A stretch of DNA of 64,000 bases from Eledone cirrhosa (Eukaryota), in assembly GCA_964016885.1 (NCBI GenBank), contig OZ024742.1, forward strand, positions 108,438,001 to 108,502,000, given 5' to 3'. Below the pieces are notes generated by a model. That model worked only from the letters and a program-made list of their open reading frames with translations, made no database searches and was not told where the DNA came from. Position 1 is the stretch's first letter. Every line of letters starts with the position of its first letter. Shown here one piece after another: positions 1 to 11,626 of this stretch. The position numbers and the translations under genes are program-made.

Positions 1-142
1 TGGCTTAGTGGTTACGGGGTTCGGCTCAAGATCTTGAGGTCATGAGTCCGATTCCCGGCGGCGCGTTTTGTCATTGAGAAAGACATTTATTTCGTGTTGC
101 TTCAATTCACTCAGGCTGCAAAATGAATAATACTTGTAATTC
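1..142 (+). mobile_element. tRNA-derived SINE (5' edge cut by window start)
   Basis: A-box-like TGGCTTAGTGGTTA and B-box-like GAGTCCGATTCCC, followed by a body TTGTCATTGAGAAAGACATTTATTTC...TTCACTCAG that recurs in degenerate form at about 14560-14650. Confidence 0.7.
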
Positions 143-217
143 TAAGTCACGGGAAATAACAGATACAAGCGTAAACATAAACACGGAAACACACACACAT
201 ATACATAACGCGCTAAA

Positions 218-269
<52 letters not shown>

Positions 270-292
270 TATATTTATATATATATATATAT

Positions 293-327
<35 letters not shown>

Positions 328-362
328 TATATTATATTTATATATATATATATATAATATAT

Positions 363-399
<37 letters not shown>

Positions 400-432
400 G
401 TTAAAAGAATAGAGGTGTAACACACAAGTTAT

Positions 433-826
433 TATATATTGGTAAACGGAATAGAAAATGCTGACAAATTGTTCACAGTTGAAAAATGGTTTAATTAGGA
501 ATAAAAGAGTATTAGTGATTGTATGGGTTAGTATTCAGTTGTGGTTTTAAGTTTTTAAGTTTTTACCGGTTGCGCATTTCTAAATGCTTTTCAAAAATAA
601 TTTTGAGATAGAGTGTCCGTGCTGTTTGCTTTGATCTGAGCAAACAGCACGGACACTCTATCTCAAAATTATTTTTGAAAAGCATTTAGAAATGCGCAAC
701 CGGTAAAAACTTAAAAACTTAAAACCACAACTGAATACTAACCCATTCAATCACTAATACTCTTTTATTCCTAATTAAACCATTTTTCAACTGTGAACAA
801 TTTGTCAGCATTTTCTATTCCGTTTA

Positions 827-836
<10 letters not shown>
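433..836. repeat. near-perfect fold-back palindrome, about 198-bp arms with an 8-nt loop, flanked by (TA)n
   Basis: 433-630 is the reverse complement of 639-836 with one mismatch seen; loop TTGATCTG at 631-638. Confidence 0.95.
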
Positions 837-877
<41 letters not shown>

Positions 878-1027
878 AATTTTGAGTATATGTTGGTTGT
901 ATACCAACACCTCAGCATGCAGATTGGAGCACTCGACGAAGTGCGCAGGTTGGTCTGGTTACTCCGGAGTAATGTAAAATAAACTAAAATAAATAAGTCA
1001 AATATTTAAGATTTGGCTTCGATTATT

Positions 1028-1082
1028 ACTGCTATATATATTTCGGTGACAGCCATCTTTGGCTGTGACCTCATCAGGCAGT
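1028..1082 (-). ncRNA. type I hammerhead ribozyme (PLE pLTR, family A-like)
   Basis: minus strand ACTGC-CTGATGA-GGTCACAGCC(AAAGAT)GGCTGTCACC-GAAA-TATATA-TA-GCAGT: intact core, 5-bp stem I, palindromic stem III. Confidence 0.9.
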
Positions 1083-2657
1083 CCGAATTAGTGTGGTAGA
1101 GACGAGTACACACGTTGTTGAGGTGTTTTACTTTGTCAATACTCTGATATGCCCTGTTCCTGGTTGGGTTGTTATTTCACTGAGGAACTGGAATCATGAA
1201 TTTAAACAAACGAATTTCAGCGTCAAAGGACATCCTCTCCTCCCATTAGTCAGTTTTGAGAACATTCCTCGGTCAAAAGTCTATAGAAACTCGTTCTGAG
1301 GCGAGGCAATCTGTAGTGGTTGTTCTTGTTATTGTTAAGTACATCTGACCTCTACTTTTATGTTGGTAGTGGTGTTGGTATTGGAGTTAGCTCAAAAAAA
1401 TGATAAAGTGGTAGAAGGAATAAGATGGTAAAAGAACAAAATAAAATAAGATAATCAAATAAAATGTGTGTGTGTTATACCCAATCACAATGTTAGAAAG
1501 ATTTGTAAGGTCACTCCTCCCATTGGTCAGTTGTGAGAGCATTCCTCAGTCAAAAGTCTATAGAAATTCTTTCTGGGTGAGGCTACCTGTAGTGATTGTT
1601 TTTGTTATTGTTAAGTACATCTGACCTCTACCCTTATTTTGGTAGTAATGTTGGTGCTGCGGTCAGCCTAGGTCTTGCTGCTGCTGACATTTAGAAGTAT
1701 CTGTGTGTGTTTCTTCATCCATTCCATCCTGCCACCATTTCTCGTGGTGGTGGGGGGCTGTGCAATGCATATGAAGAAATAGAAGGCAATAAAGTGAAGA
1801 AAACAGAAAATAAATAATAAATAGAAAATAAATGAAAAATAAATGAAAAATAAATGAAAAATGAAAAATGAAAAATGAAAAATGAAAAATGAAAAATGAA
1901 AAATGAAAAATAAAAATGAAAATTCAAATAAAATAAAATGTGTGTGTGCTATAACCAATCTCAAAATCAGAAATATGTTGGATAAAGTGGTAGGAGGAAC
2001 AAGATGGTAAAAGAATAAAACAAAATAAGATAATCAAATAAAATGTGTGTGTGTTATAACCAATCTCAACGTTAGAAAGATTTGCAAGGTCACTCCTCCC
2101 ATTGGTCAGTTGTGAGAGCATTTCTCAGTCAAAAGTCTATAGAAATTCTTTCTGGGGTGAGGCTACCTGTAGTGTTTGTTTTTGCTATTGTTAAGTACAT
2201 CTAACTTCTACCCTTATTTTGGTAGTGGTGCTGCGGTCAGCCTAGGTCTTGCTGCTGCTGACATTAAGAAGTATCTGCGTGTGTTTTTTCATCCATCCTG
2301 CACACCATTTTTCGTGGTGGTGGTTGGAGGAGGGGTGCCATGCATATGAAGAAATAGAAGGCAATAAAGTGAAGAAAACAGGAAACAAATGAAAAATAAA
2401 AAATGAAGATTCAAATAAAATAAAATGTGTGTGTGTGTTATAAAGATGTTGGCCAAATTAGAAAGGCTGTGTCAGAATCAATCTCTAGGCTATCATGGTG
2501 TCTGCTCAGCCGGGGTGGGTCCCTATGGCTTGAGTGGAGTTCCCAACCTATGGTGTTGTTACTGCCCATATATCTTGAGGGAGATCCGGCCAAGAGGTGT
2601 CTACATGTCCTGTAGAAATCCCTATACCTTGAGGGGAGTTCACATCTCAGTGTGTTG

Positions 2658-2864
2658 TTACTGTCCATATAGCTTGTGGAAGGTCCCGGCCCTGAGGTGT
2701 CTGCATGTCCCGAAGAAGTCGGTTCTGAGGTTTATCAGGCGGCTTCCACCTCTTAGTATCTCGAGGGTTTCGTTCAGACATAATTTGCATATGCCAGATC
2801 CTCCTTTATCGGGTGGTACTTTCCTGATTATGGACCAGGCCAGAGAGTACAGGGTCCTGTCGTT
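2658..2864 (-). pseudogene. PLE GIY-YIG endonuclease C-terminal fragment
   Basis: manual translation NDRTLYSLAWSIIRKVPPDKGGSGICKLCLNETLEILRGGSRLINLRTDFFGTCRHLRAGTFHKLYGQ*, clearly homologous to the end of ORF 44101..44574. Confidence 0.85.
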
Positions 2865-3804
2865 GATTCTGACACAGCCTTTCTAATTTGGCCAACATCT
2901 TTATAACACACACACACACACATTTTATTTTATTTGAATCTTCATTTTTTATTTTTCATTTGTTTCCTGTTTTCTTCACTTTATTGCCTTCTATTTCTTC
3001 ATATGCATGGCACCCCCCCCCCCCACCTCCCACCACCACCACCACGAGAAATGGTGGCAGGATGGATGAAAAAACACACACAGATACTTCTTAATGTCAG
3101 CAGCAGCAAGACCTAGGCTGCCCACAGCACCACTACCAAAGTAAGGCTAGAGGTCAGATGTACTTAACAATAGCAAAAACAAATACTACAGGTAGCCTCA
3201 CCCCAGAAAGAATTTCTATAGACTTTTGACTGAGAAATGCTCTCACAACTGACCAATGGGAGGAGTGACCTTGCAAATCTTTCTAACGTTGAGATTGGTT
3301 ATAACACACACACATTTTATTTGATTATCTGATTTTGTTTTATTATTTTACCATCTTGTTCCTCCTACCACTTTATCCAACATCTTTCTGACTTTGAGAT
3401 TGGTTATAGCACACAAACATTTTATTTTATTTGAATCTTCTTTTTTATTTTTCATTTTTCATTTTTCATTTATTTTTCATTTATTTTTCATTTATTTTCT
3501 ATTTATTATTTATTTTCTGTTTTCTTCATGTTATTGCCTTCTATTTCTTCATATGCATGGCACAACCACTACAGATTGCCTCGCCTCAGAACGAATTTCT
3601 ATAGACTTTTGACTGAGGAATGTTCTCAAAACTGACCAATGGGAGGTGAGGATGTCATTTGACGCTGAAATTGGTTTATTTAAATTCATATGATTCCAGT
3701 TCATCAGTGAAATAACAACCCAACCAGGAACTGAGCATATCAGAGTATTGACAAAGTTAAACATCTCAACAACATATGTACTCATCTCTACCACACTAAT
3801 TCGG

Positions 3805-3859
3805 ACTGCCTGAAGAGGTCACAGCCAAAGATGGCTGTGACCGAAATTTATATAGCAGT
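3805..3859 (+). ncRNA. type I hammerhead ribozyme (inverted partner of 1028-1082)
   Basis: ACTGC-CTGAAGA-GGTCACAGCC(AAAGAT)GGCTGTGACC-GAAA-TTTATA-TA-GCAGT with a perfect 10-bp stem II. Confidence 0.88.
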
Positions 3860-3922
3860 AATAATCGAAGCCAAATCTTAAATATTTGACTTATTTATTT
3901 TAGTTTATTTTATATATATATA

Positions 3923-3999
<77 letters not shown>

Positions 4000-4250
4000 G
4001 GATTAACAAATAATAGTTAAATGCAGTCCACTTAGGTGAAGTTCAGTTATGATATTCCAGGTAGTGGATGATATTAACGCTTGGCTTGGTTTGACTCAAC
4101 AAGGCGTTTTCATAGTGATGCTGCGGGTATGCTGTAATTCCTATGTTGTAAACAGTATGCGGATAGGGAGCACTTAACGAAGATATAAGTTCCGGAGTTA
4201 TAATAGTGACGAAACATAAGTCAATTGCATGAACTCATAATCCTTTATTT

Positions 4251-4306
4251 ACTGCTATATATATTTCGATGATAGCTATTGAATGGCTATGACCTCATCA
4301 GGCAGT
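4251..4306 (-). ncRNA. type I hammerhead ribozyme (PLE family A pLTR)
   Basis: minus strand ACTGC-CTGATGA-GGTCATAGC...GCTATCATC-GAAA-TATATA-TA-GCAGT; same sequence as 46457-46512. Confidence 0.88.
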
Positions 4307-4851
4307 TAGTCAGTTCTTAGATATGCCAGCTCTGTGTGTTGATGGTATCAGAGCCTTGGGACATATGAGCTTGTTAGGAATATTTTGATGTTGTCAGCAG
4401 GGATAGTCTTGATTCTCATTGGTCAGTTTGTAGATGGTAGTAGGTTGCTATTTGACCTCAAAGAGGCAGGTGTTATACTTTGGGAGGGTCATGTTGCCAA
4501 TAAGAAACACATGCACCAGTTGCTTTCACTCCAATTTATTATAAATTAAATTTATAAATTTAAGAATTTATAAATTTCCGGTTGGTTGGTTGGTTCCACA
4601 ACCGGACGGTTGTTCATATATTGTCAAAGTTCATTCGTCACACATTCTGTGACCTATTTCAGTGACTGGGGATTCTTTTCTTTGTTTTTGTGCCTCTCTT
4701 TTGTTCTGTTCTACGCCATCTTGTTTTTGTGTGTGTAGTGTGCTTAGTTTGCGCATGTGTTACATCCGGGTGCCTGTGTGTGTTTATATTTGTTTATTTA
4801 TTTGTTTATTTACATGTTACTGGTTGGTTGTTTGTTCTATGTGTGTGTGTG

Positions 4852-5774
4852 TTTCAAATTCTCCATTCCCATTATGCCAAACCCATGACTTCCAAATAAC
4901 TGATCCACCGAAACTCAGCTGTTTCGGACCATACCAAAATCAACATACTGATTGCGGATTTGGTACGGGTGATGAGAAACGTGTCCCGCATGTGCAACCC
5001 CAAAGAACTAGAGAGACACATACAACACTTAATCTACCGAATGCAGTTCTCTGATTAAAATCAGAGAGATAAAATCAGAGTATATAGAAGAGCCAGAACC
5101 AAATGAGAAAAAATGGTAAATAATGATACAAATGGGACCTGCCCCTTGTATAGGAGCAAATTTTGGAATAGAATGGAAAGAACTAGGAATAAGGTTAATA
5201 GAATAAACTCATGGTATGATAGCAATAAATACCAGAGTATAATGTTCATCAATACAACCCCTAGAGGTGAATTAGCTTACAAATTTAGAAGGGCCCTAGA
5301 TAAACATAAACTCAATATTAAGTTAGTAGAAAGACCAGGTACCTCCATAAAAACACTTATTAGCAATACATACCCTTTTCAAAGACCTCTCTGTATAGAT
5401 AAGAAATGTATAATCTATAAACTAAGCCCCATATTAACTGTAAAACTCGAAATGTAGTATATAGCATAAGATGTACTGAAGGACAATGGAGAGATAAGAA
5501 TATAATGTACATAGGTGAGACAGCTCGTAGTATAGGAAAACAGATACATGAACACTGGCGAGAGCTTCAAGATAGAAAAGAATCATCTGTACTCCACCAA
5601 CATGCTAAAATAGAACATAAGGGCAAATTAGAGAACATAGAAATAAAAATAGAATCTACACACAGAAAAGACGCAATTTTTAGACAAATCACAGCGGCAA
5701 TAAACATAAATGAACTCCAACCAAAATTAAATAGAAGACATGAATGGAATAGCAACATTACAACTTACAATTAA
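4852..5774 (+). pseudogene. PLE RT thumb, Cys-rich linker and GIY-YIG endonuclease (stops and frameshift)
   Basis: ILHSHYAKPMTSK*LIHRNSAVSDHTKINILIADLVRVMRNVS; MFINTTPRGEL...IKLVERPG; NVVYSIRC...MYIGETARSIG.QIHEH...VLHQH...LNRRHEW. Confidence 0.85.
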
Positions 5775-5972
5775 GGACAAAATGAAAATACACACGCACA
5801 TAGAACAAACAACCAACCAGTAACATGTAAATAAACAAATAAATAAACAAATATAAACATACGCTGACACCCGGATGTAACACATGCACAAACTAAGCAC
5901 ACAACACACACAAAAACAAGATGGCGTAGGACAGAACAAAGGCGAGGCACAAAAACAAAGAAAAGAATCCCA

Positions 5973-6015
5973 GTCATTGAAGAGGTCACAGAATTTGTGA
6001 CGAAAGAACTTTGAC
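5973..6015 (+). ncRNA. degenerate hammerhead ribozyme (PLE family B pLTR)
   Basis: GTCA-TTGAAGA-G-GTCACA(GAATT)TGTGAC-GAAA-GAAC-TT-TGAC; homologous minus-strand copies at about 4623-4666, 37484-37527 and 46829-46871 each carry a different core mutation, so the consensus core is intact. Confidence 0.65.
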
Positions 6016-6694
6016 AATATATGAACAACCGTCCGGTTGTGGAACCAACCAACCAACCAACCAACCGGAAATTTATAAATTCTTAAATTTATAAATTTAA
6101 TTTATATAAAATTGGAGTGAAAGCAACTGGTGCGCGAGTTTCTTATTGGCAGCATGACCCTCCCAAAGCATAACAATATCGGTTTCAACACACGTTTTCA
6201 GATAAAGAATCTTGCTAAACAAATTCAGAAACGAAATATATATATATATATATACATACATATAGAAGCTGCAGAAGCCCGCTGTATATATATATATATA
6301 TATATATATATGACTAGATACATTTTATCTGACTCTTCCTCGTTGAAAATAGTCTGAATCATTTGTCTATTATTTCTTCATAGTTACATTTTAAACTTAT
6401 AGCCTCGTTTAAATGATTATTTATCTGGTTAATTTCTACGGACTAGGGTGAGGAAAGACTGTATATATTTTATCTAATGATTCTTGAAACTTGCAATTTT
6501 ATATGTAGATCTGATTAATAATTTTTTGCTTAATTAAATTTTTCATTGAGCCACACCGTGAAAGGTAGCCACACTCATATATGTATCTGTGACTATGTCT
6601 AAATATACGTCTAAATATATACATATATCCCTATGAATTTAATATATATATATATATACATACATATATATATATATATATATAGACATACACA

Positions 6695-6754
<60 letters not shown>

Positions 6755-6756
<2 letters not shown>

Positions 6757-6915
6757 CGACGGACTTCTGTAGTTTCTGTCGATCGACTTCCGCTGACAAG
6801 TCTTTGGCCAACCCGAGACAATAGTATAAGACTATTTTCCAATATACCGCGCAGCAGGACTGAATCCAAAACCACATGGTTGCCAAAGGAAATCCTTAAC
6901 CACACAACAATCGTG
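6755..6915 (-). mobile_element. old tRNA-derived SINE
   Basis: reverse complement begins GTTGTGTGGTTAAGG (A-box-like) ... TGGATTCAGTCC (B-box-like) and ends next to a (TA)n tract. Confidence 0.55.
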
Positions 6916-7313
6916 GCTGCTACTGTGCTATAGAGCAGTGAGCCAAGCAATGTTAGGAGTACAATACAAGGGATTTGAGTAAGGGAGAAGAAAATAAAAG
7001 AAAAAGACAAATAGAGATATATAAAATGGAAAGTAGTGTTTCTATTATCTACATTGTAGATTTTCAATACACAACATGAATATTCTAGGTTTATTGACCC
7101 GCTGTTAATGTTATTGGTTGTATGTATGTATGTATGTATGTATGTATGTATGTATGTATGTATGTATGTATGTATGTATGGATGGATGGATGGATGGATG
7201 GATGGATGGATGTTTCTACGGATGAATGTATGTATATACGGATGAATGTATGTATATACGGATGAATGTATGCATGTATGTATGTATATATGTATGTATG
7301 TATGTATGTATGA

Positions 7314-7527
7314 CTACCAGGCTGCTGTTGGAGATGCTACTCATCATGCTTGCCAAACATGTGGTAGAGAATGTAAATCAGCAGGAAGGCTCAAGCGACA
7401 TGCAAAAGCACACGAACTCCAACCACAGCCGACTATTCCCAGTGAATGTTTTGGTTGCCGACTTTGTGCAAGACATTTTAGATCATTGGCTGGGCTAAAA
7501 AGCCACATTCGATCGCAGCGCTGTTAG
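7314..7527 (+). mobile_element. 3' remnant of an RTE-type LINE with C2H2-like motifs
   Basis: CQTCGRECKSAGRLKRHAKAH and CRLCARHFRSLAGLKSHIRS; the second motif is shared with the 3' end of the 23511 and 34495 elements; flanked by microsatellites. Confidence 0.6.
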
Positions 7528-7595
7528 TTGCTATCGTGTGTGTGTGTGTGTGTGTCTAGATATGCTTATGTGTGTGCGTGTGTGTATATATATAT

Positions 7596-10500
7596 GTCTA
7601 TCTATCTAAGGCGGGTAAAATTCCCGAGATCCATGGACGAGTTCTCTCCAGCGGTCTCTGTCCCTCATTATCGCTGCCACATTCTGCATCTCCAACAGAC
7701 CAGTGTCTGCCCTTAGGGCATCAACATATGTTAACCTTGGTCCTCCTCTTCCAGTGTGTCCATGCAGGGGCTCCCAAAGGAGCACTGAGTGCAATGTCAA
7801 CTCTGGATGTCGGTGAGCATGTCCAGCCAACCTCAGTCTCCTCTGTGTCACTCTTGAGCTGACTTTTGGGATGCTCCCATACAGCTCTGAGTTTTTCATC
7901 CTCAGTGTATACCGATCAATGCTCAGAGCCATCCCCAGCATTCTCGTGCAGCACCCATCCACCATCTGAGTGAGTCTCTCGGTCAGTGTCCAAGTCTCAG
8001 ACCCATACAGCAGCACAGACCCCACCACAGCAACGAAGAGGCGGACCCTCAGGTCTCCACGAAGGTCCGACTTCCACACCGATCTCAAGCTGTGACACGC
8101 CGCCCAGGCCTTGCTCTTCCTCTCAACCACATCATCTTCCGTATTCCCAATCTTTGCTCCCAAATACAGGAAGTCCTCAACCAATTCCAGCGGCTTCCCG
8201 CCTACATTAGTGATCCCCTCTGGCTTCTCAACATTCTCTACCAGATATTTTGTTTTAGTCTCATTCATTCTCAGCCCCACACTCATCGACACAGTCTCAA
8301 CCTCCCGCATCAAATCCTCTGCCTCCTTCACTGTATTTGTCAAATTCAGCATCCGATACCTTTTTCGCCCCAACTCTCCTGCTCTGAGCCGGTGCTACAG
8401 TAAAGCCAGTGTCCTGGTGTTTCTCCAGTGCAAGGCGCATACAATAGTCCACTACGATGATAAAAAGGTAGGGAGCCAATGTATCTCCCTGGAGCACTCC
8501 AGCCAGTATCTCAAAGAACTCTGTCATCCCATCAGGTGTAATGACTGGGGCTTTGGTGTTGGTGTAGAGCAGTGATATCAGGTCCACTATCCTCTTGGGG
8601 ATTCCATAAGCCTGTAAGATCTTCATCAGGCAGTAACGGTCCACAGAATCAAAGGCCTTCCTAAAGTCAATGAAAACCATGACCGCAGGAAGGCACTTTG
8701 CTCTAGCTCCCTCTAATATCCTCCTCAGCATCAGGATGTGACTGGTGGTTGATCTACCCTCTCTGAAGCCGTTCTGGTTGTCCCTGAGCTTCTTCTCCAT
8801 CTCAGGCTGGATCCTGTTAAGAATCATCCTGTTGAGGGTCTTTGCCACAAGTGACGTCAGTGAGATCCCCCGGTAATTGTTGGTGTTAGAGAGATCTCCC
8901 TTCTTTGGCACTGGGACGATGTTACTGATCCTCCACTGATTCGGGGCAACTCCTTTCTCCAGTGCCCCGTTACAGAACCCCAGGATGATATCATCAAAAT
9001 CACACCTCTTCATCACCTCTGATGCCACTCCATCTTCTCCATGAGCCTTGCCCTCCTTGATCTTCTTCTTGGCTCTCTGAAGCTCCTCTCTGGTGAAGGG
9101 CTCTGTCTCAACATCCAGTTCCTCAAACAGCCGCCTGATCTCCCCAGTGCTCTGGGCTGTGGAGGGTGGCTCTCCTAGTAGGGTCCTAAAATAGTCTAGC
9201 CATTTCCTCTTCCTATCCTCGGGCCCCGTTCCCTGGATCTGACTCGAACACCTTTTCTTCCTCCCTGTGATCTCGTTGATGATCATCCAGCTCTCCTTAC
9301 ATCCAGATCTGTCAACCGCTCTCTCCACACTTCTGATCTTCTCTATCAGTGCCTCCTCTCTGACCTCAGTGTAAGCGGTACAGAGCTCTTCCCTCATCAC
9401 CTCCACAGTCTCCATCCTCTCCTCCGTAGGATCAGCATAGAATTGGTCCCTGGCAGCTTTCATGTGTTCTCTGGCTGCACACACTTTTGGGTTTGAAGAG
9501 CTGACGTGCTTCCCTTTGTTCTTTTTCCTCGGCACCAGGGTTTCACTTGCTTTCGCCACTGCATTGGTGAAGTGCCCGTACCTCCTCGTCACACTCTCCT
9601 CAGTCCATCCAATCTCTCTCTCCTCTGACTCTCCACACAGAGCACTAAACCTGTTTCTCACTTCCACTGTGAACCTCTCCTGTAGCTTATCATCTTCCTT
9701 GAAAGCTCCCCAGTCATAGATTATTCTCCGGGGCTGAGCCTTGCTCTTTCTTAAGCTCACGCGGACCTCACTCATAACAAGCCGGTGGTCACTACCCAGT
9801 GTACTGAAATAGCTGTATGGTTCCGTGTTCAGAACACTATTCCGCCACTTTTTCCTCACCAGAATGAAATCAATCTGGGACTTGGACAGGTGCATATCTG
9901 AGATGTAGGTCCACATCTTCCCCAGATTCTTCCTAAACCTTAGGTTGGTCGCCATCAACTTCGCCTCCAGCAGGGTGTCTCTCAGTAGTCTTCCATTTCG
10001 GTTGGTGTTGTTATGGAAGTACCAGCAAGGATCTTCACTGCCCTCCTTACTCAGATGTGCATTGAAGTCTCCCAAAACAAGCAGAATATTGTGTGCCTGA
10101 GTGGTGTTGACAGCTCTACACACCTCCTCATGGAACTCCTCGGCATTCACATCACTGTCCCCCTCGGTTGGACTATAGGCTGAGATGACTGTCAGTCTTG
10201 GGTTTCCATTGAAGGTCACCCTCAACACTCGCGGGGAGATAGGCATTATTTCCCTCACCAACAGATTGGTTTTTGCACTGAACACAAAACCCACTCCTCC
10301 TACTGCAGCATTTGTTGTGTTCTTCACTGCCGATGTAGTGATGAGCTGGCTCTTCCTCCCGATCATCACACTCCTCACGGGCTCATCGTGTAGAATCCTG
10401 TGTTCTTGGATCGCAAGTATCTGTATACCACTCTCCTCGAACAGATGTCCCAACTCCTCTCTCTTCTCCAGCGTTCGAATAGTCCTCACATTCAAAGTGC

Positions 10501-10895
10501 CCATTTTGATGGCTCCCCTGCAGGACAAAACTGCATTCTTTATATTTGTCTCAGAGACAGCTGATCCATCATCCACTGGCCCTCTCTGTGGCTCTAAGCC
10601 AGCAGAGTCATAACGACCAGGCTGCTCCTTGACAGTGTAATTAGGGGCTCTAACCCTAGTGCTGTTAGATCGACTCTCCATATTTCTTTTCAATGGCTGA
10701 CAATACCTTACCGGCGCCACTCGAATAAGGTAGTTATTTAACCCATAAATGGAGCCCTAACAGGTACTACCACCCCGGGCCAGGGCAGACCTGGGAGTCA
10801 TGACAACTAAGGGGTAACTCCACATTCCCCACATCTCCTGAACTCCCGAACTGGAGCCTTGCCACTGGATGTAGTTTAATGTCATACCCAGGACA
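7596..10895 (-). mobile_element. near full-length RTE-clade LINE
   Basis: single long APE-RT ORF, short 3' end with (TAGA)n tail, about 170-bp 5' leader, inserted in microsatellite. Confidence 0.92.
7606..10720 (-). pseudogene. RTE ORF2: AP endonuclease plus reverse transcriptase, frameshifted at the catalytic motif
   Basis: APE motifs GTLNVRT, IQEHR, YSPT, GDFNAH, QIDFIL, SDH; RT motifs NYRGISL, QNGFREGRS, FIDFRKAFDSV, GVLQGDTLAPYLF; downstream frame FLYLGA, LLYGSETW, RRLRLAGH; the F(A)DD motif is missing at 8340/8341. Confidence 0.92.
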
Positions 10896-11049
10896 TATAT
10901 ATATGTATATGTATATTATTATTGTTGTTGTCGTTATTATTATTGTTGTTATGATTATTATTATTATTATTGTTATTAATGTATGTGTGTGTGTATATGT
11001 GTGTGTGAGTGTGTGTGTGTGTGTGTGTATATGTGTATGCATATGTATA

Positions 11050-11080
<31 letters not shown>

Positions 11081-11140
11081 ATTTATTTATTTATTTATTT
11101 TTTTTTTTATTATTATTTTTTTTTTTTTATTTCTCCTCGT

Positions 11141-11190
11141 GCAATGGCCATACTCGATAACGAGGGGGCAGCCATCATGTATGTATGTAT
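11141..11190 (+). mobile_element. short 3' tail of the RTE-derived family seen at 23511 and 34495
   Basis: TGGCCATACTCGATAACGAG...GGCAGCCATCA(TGTA)n matches TGGCCATACTCGAAAACGAGTTGGCAGCTACCA(TGTA)n. Confidence 0.55.
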
Positions 11191-11626
11191 GGACGGACGA
11201 ATGTAGGTATGTATGTGAAGGTGTTAACGTATGTATTTATGTAGGCATGTGTAAAGTTGTGTACATATTTATGTTGCATGTATGTGTATATGCATTTATG
11301 TCTGTATTTATGTATAGATGGATGTACATATGTCTGCATATATTTATGTGTGAATTTTATTGTATGTATGCATTTATGTTTGCGGGGCTGTAAGACTATG
11401 CATGTGAATGTATGTGTATGTACAAACATATATGTACATATATTTATGCTTGTATTACGCATATACTCATAATTTTGTGTGTTTGTGAAAATTATGTATG
11501 TGGGAGCACGTACATATGTGTGTATAGTACAAGTGCATATATTAAAGTGTGGCTGTTTTTATATGTATACATGAATAAATCAATAAAGACATTGATTGGT
11601 TCCATAAGGTACTGAACAGAATGTGG

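Larger units (their letters stand above)
976..3912. mobile_element. Penelope-like element remnant arranged as a 3-kb imperfect inverted repeat (pLTR arms around a GIY-YIG tail fragment)
   Basis: 976-2480 and 2863-3912 are mutually inverted, with internal indels and duplications; each outer end carries a hammerhead; the central spacer encodes a PLE endonuclease C-terminus; the right end abuts (TA)n. Confidence 0.85.
4471..6233 (+). mobile_element. 5'-truncated Penelope-like element (family B) with inverted pLTR at its 5' end
   Basis: 4471-4850 is the reverse complement of about 5790-6175; the 3' pLTR extends about 60 bp further and ends in (TA)n; the interior encodes RT thumb plus GIY-YIG. 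Confidence 0.85.

Noticed and set aside
7246-7527. Host C2H2 zinc-finger gene exon
   Set aside because: No splice signals or TGEKP linkers, embedded in microsatellite, and the motif is shared with LINE-derived tails at 23.8 and 35.0 kb.
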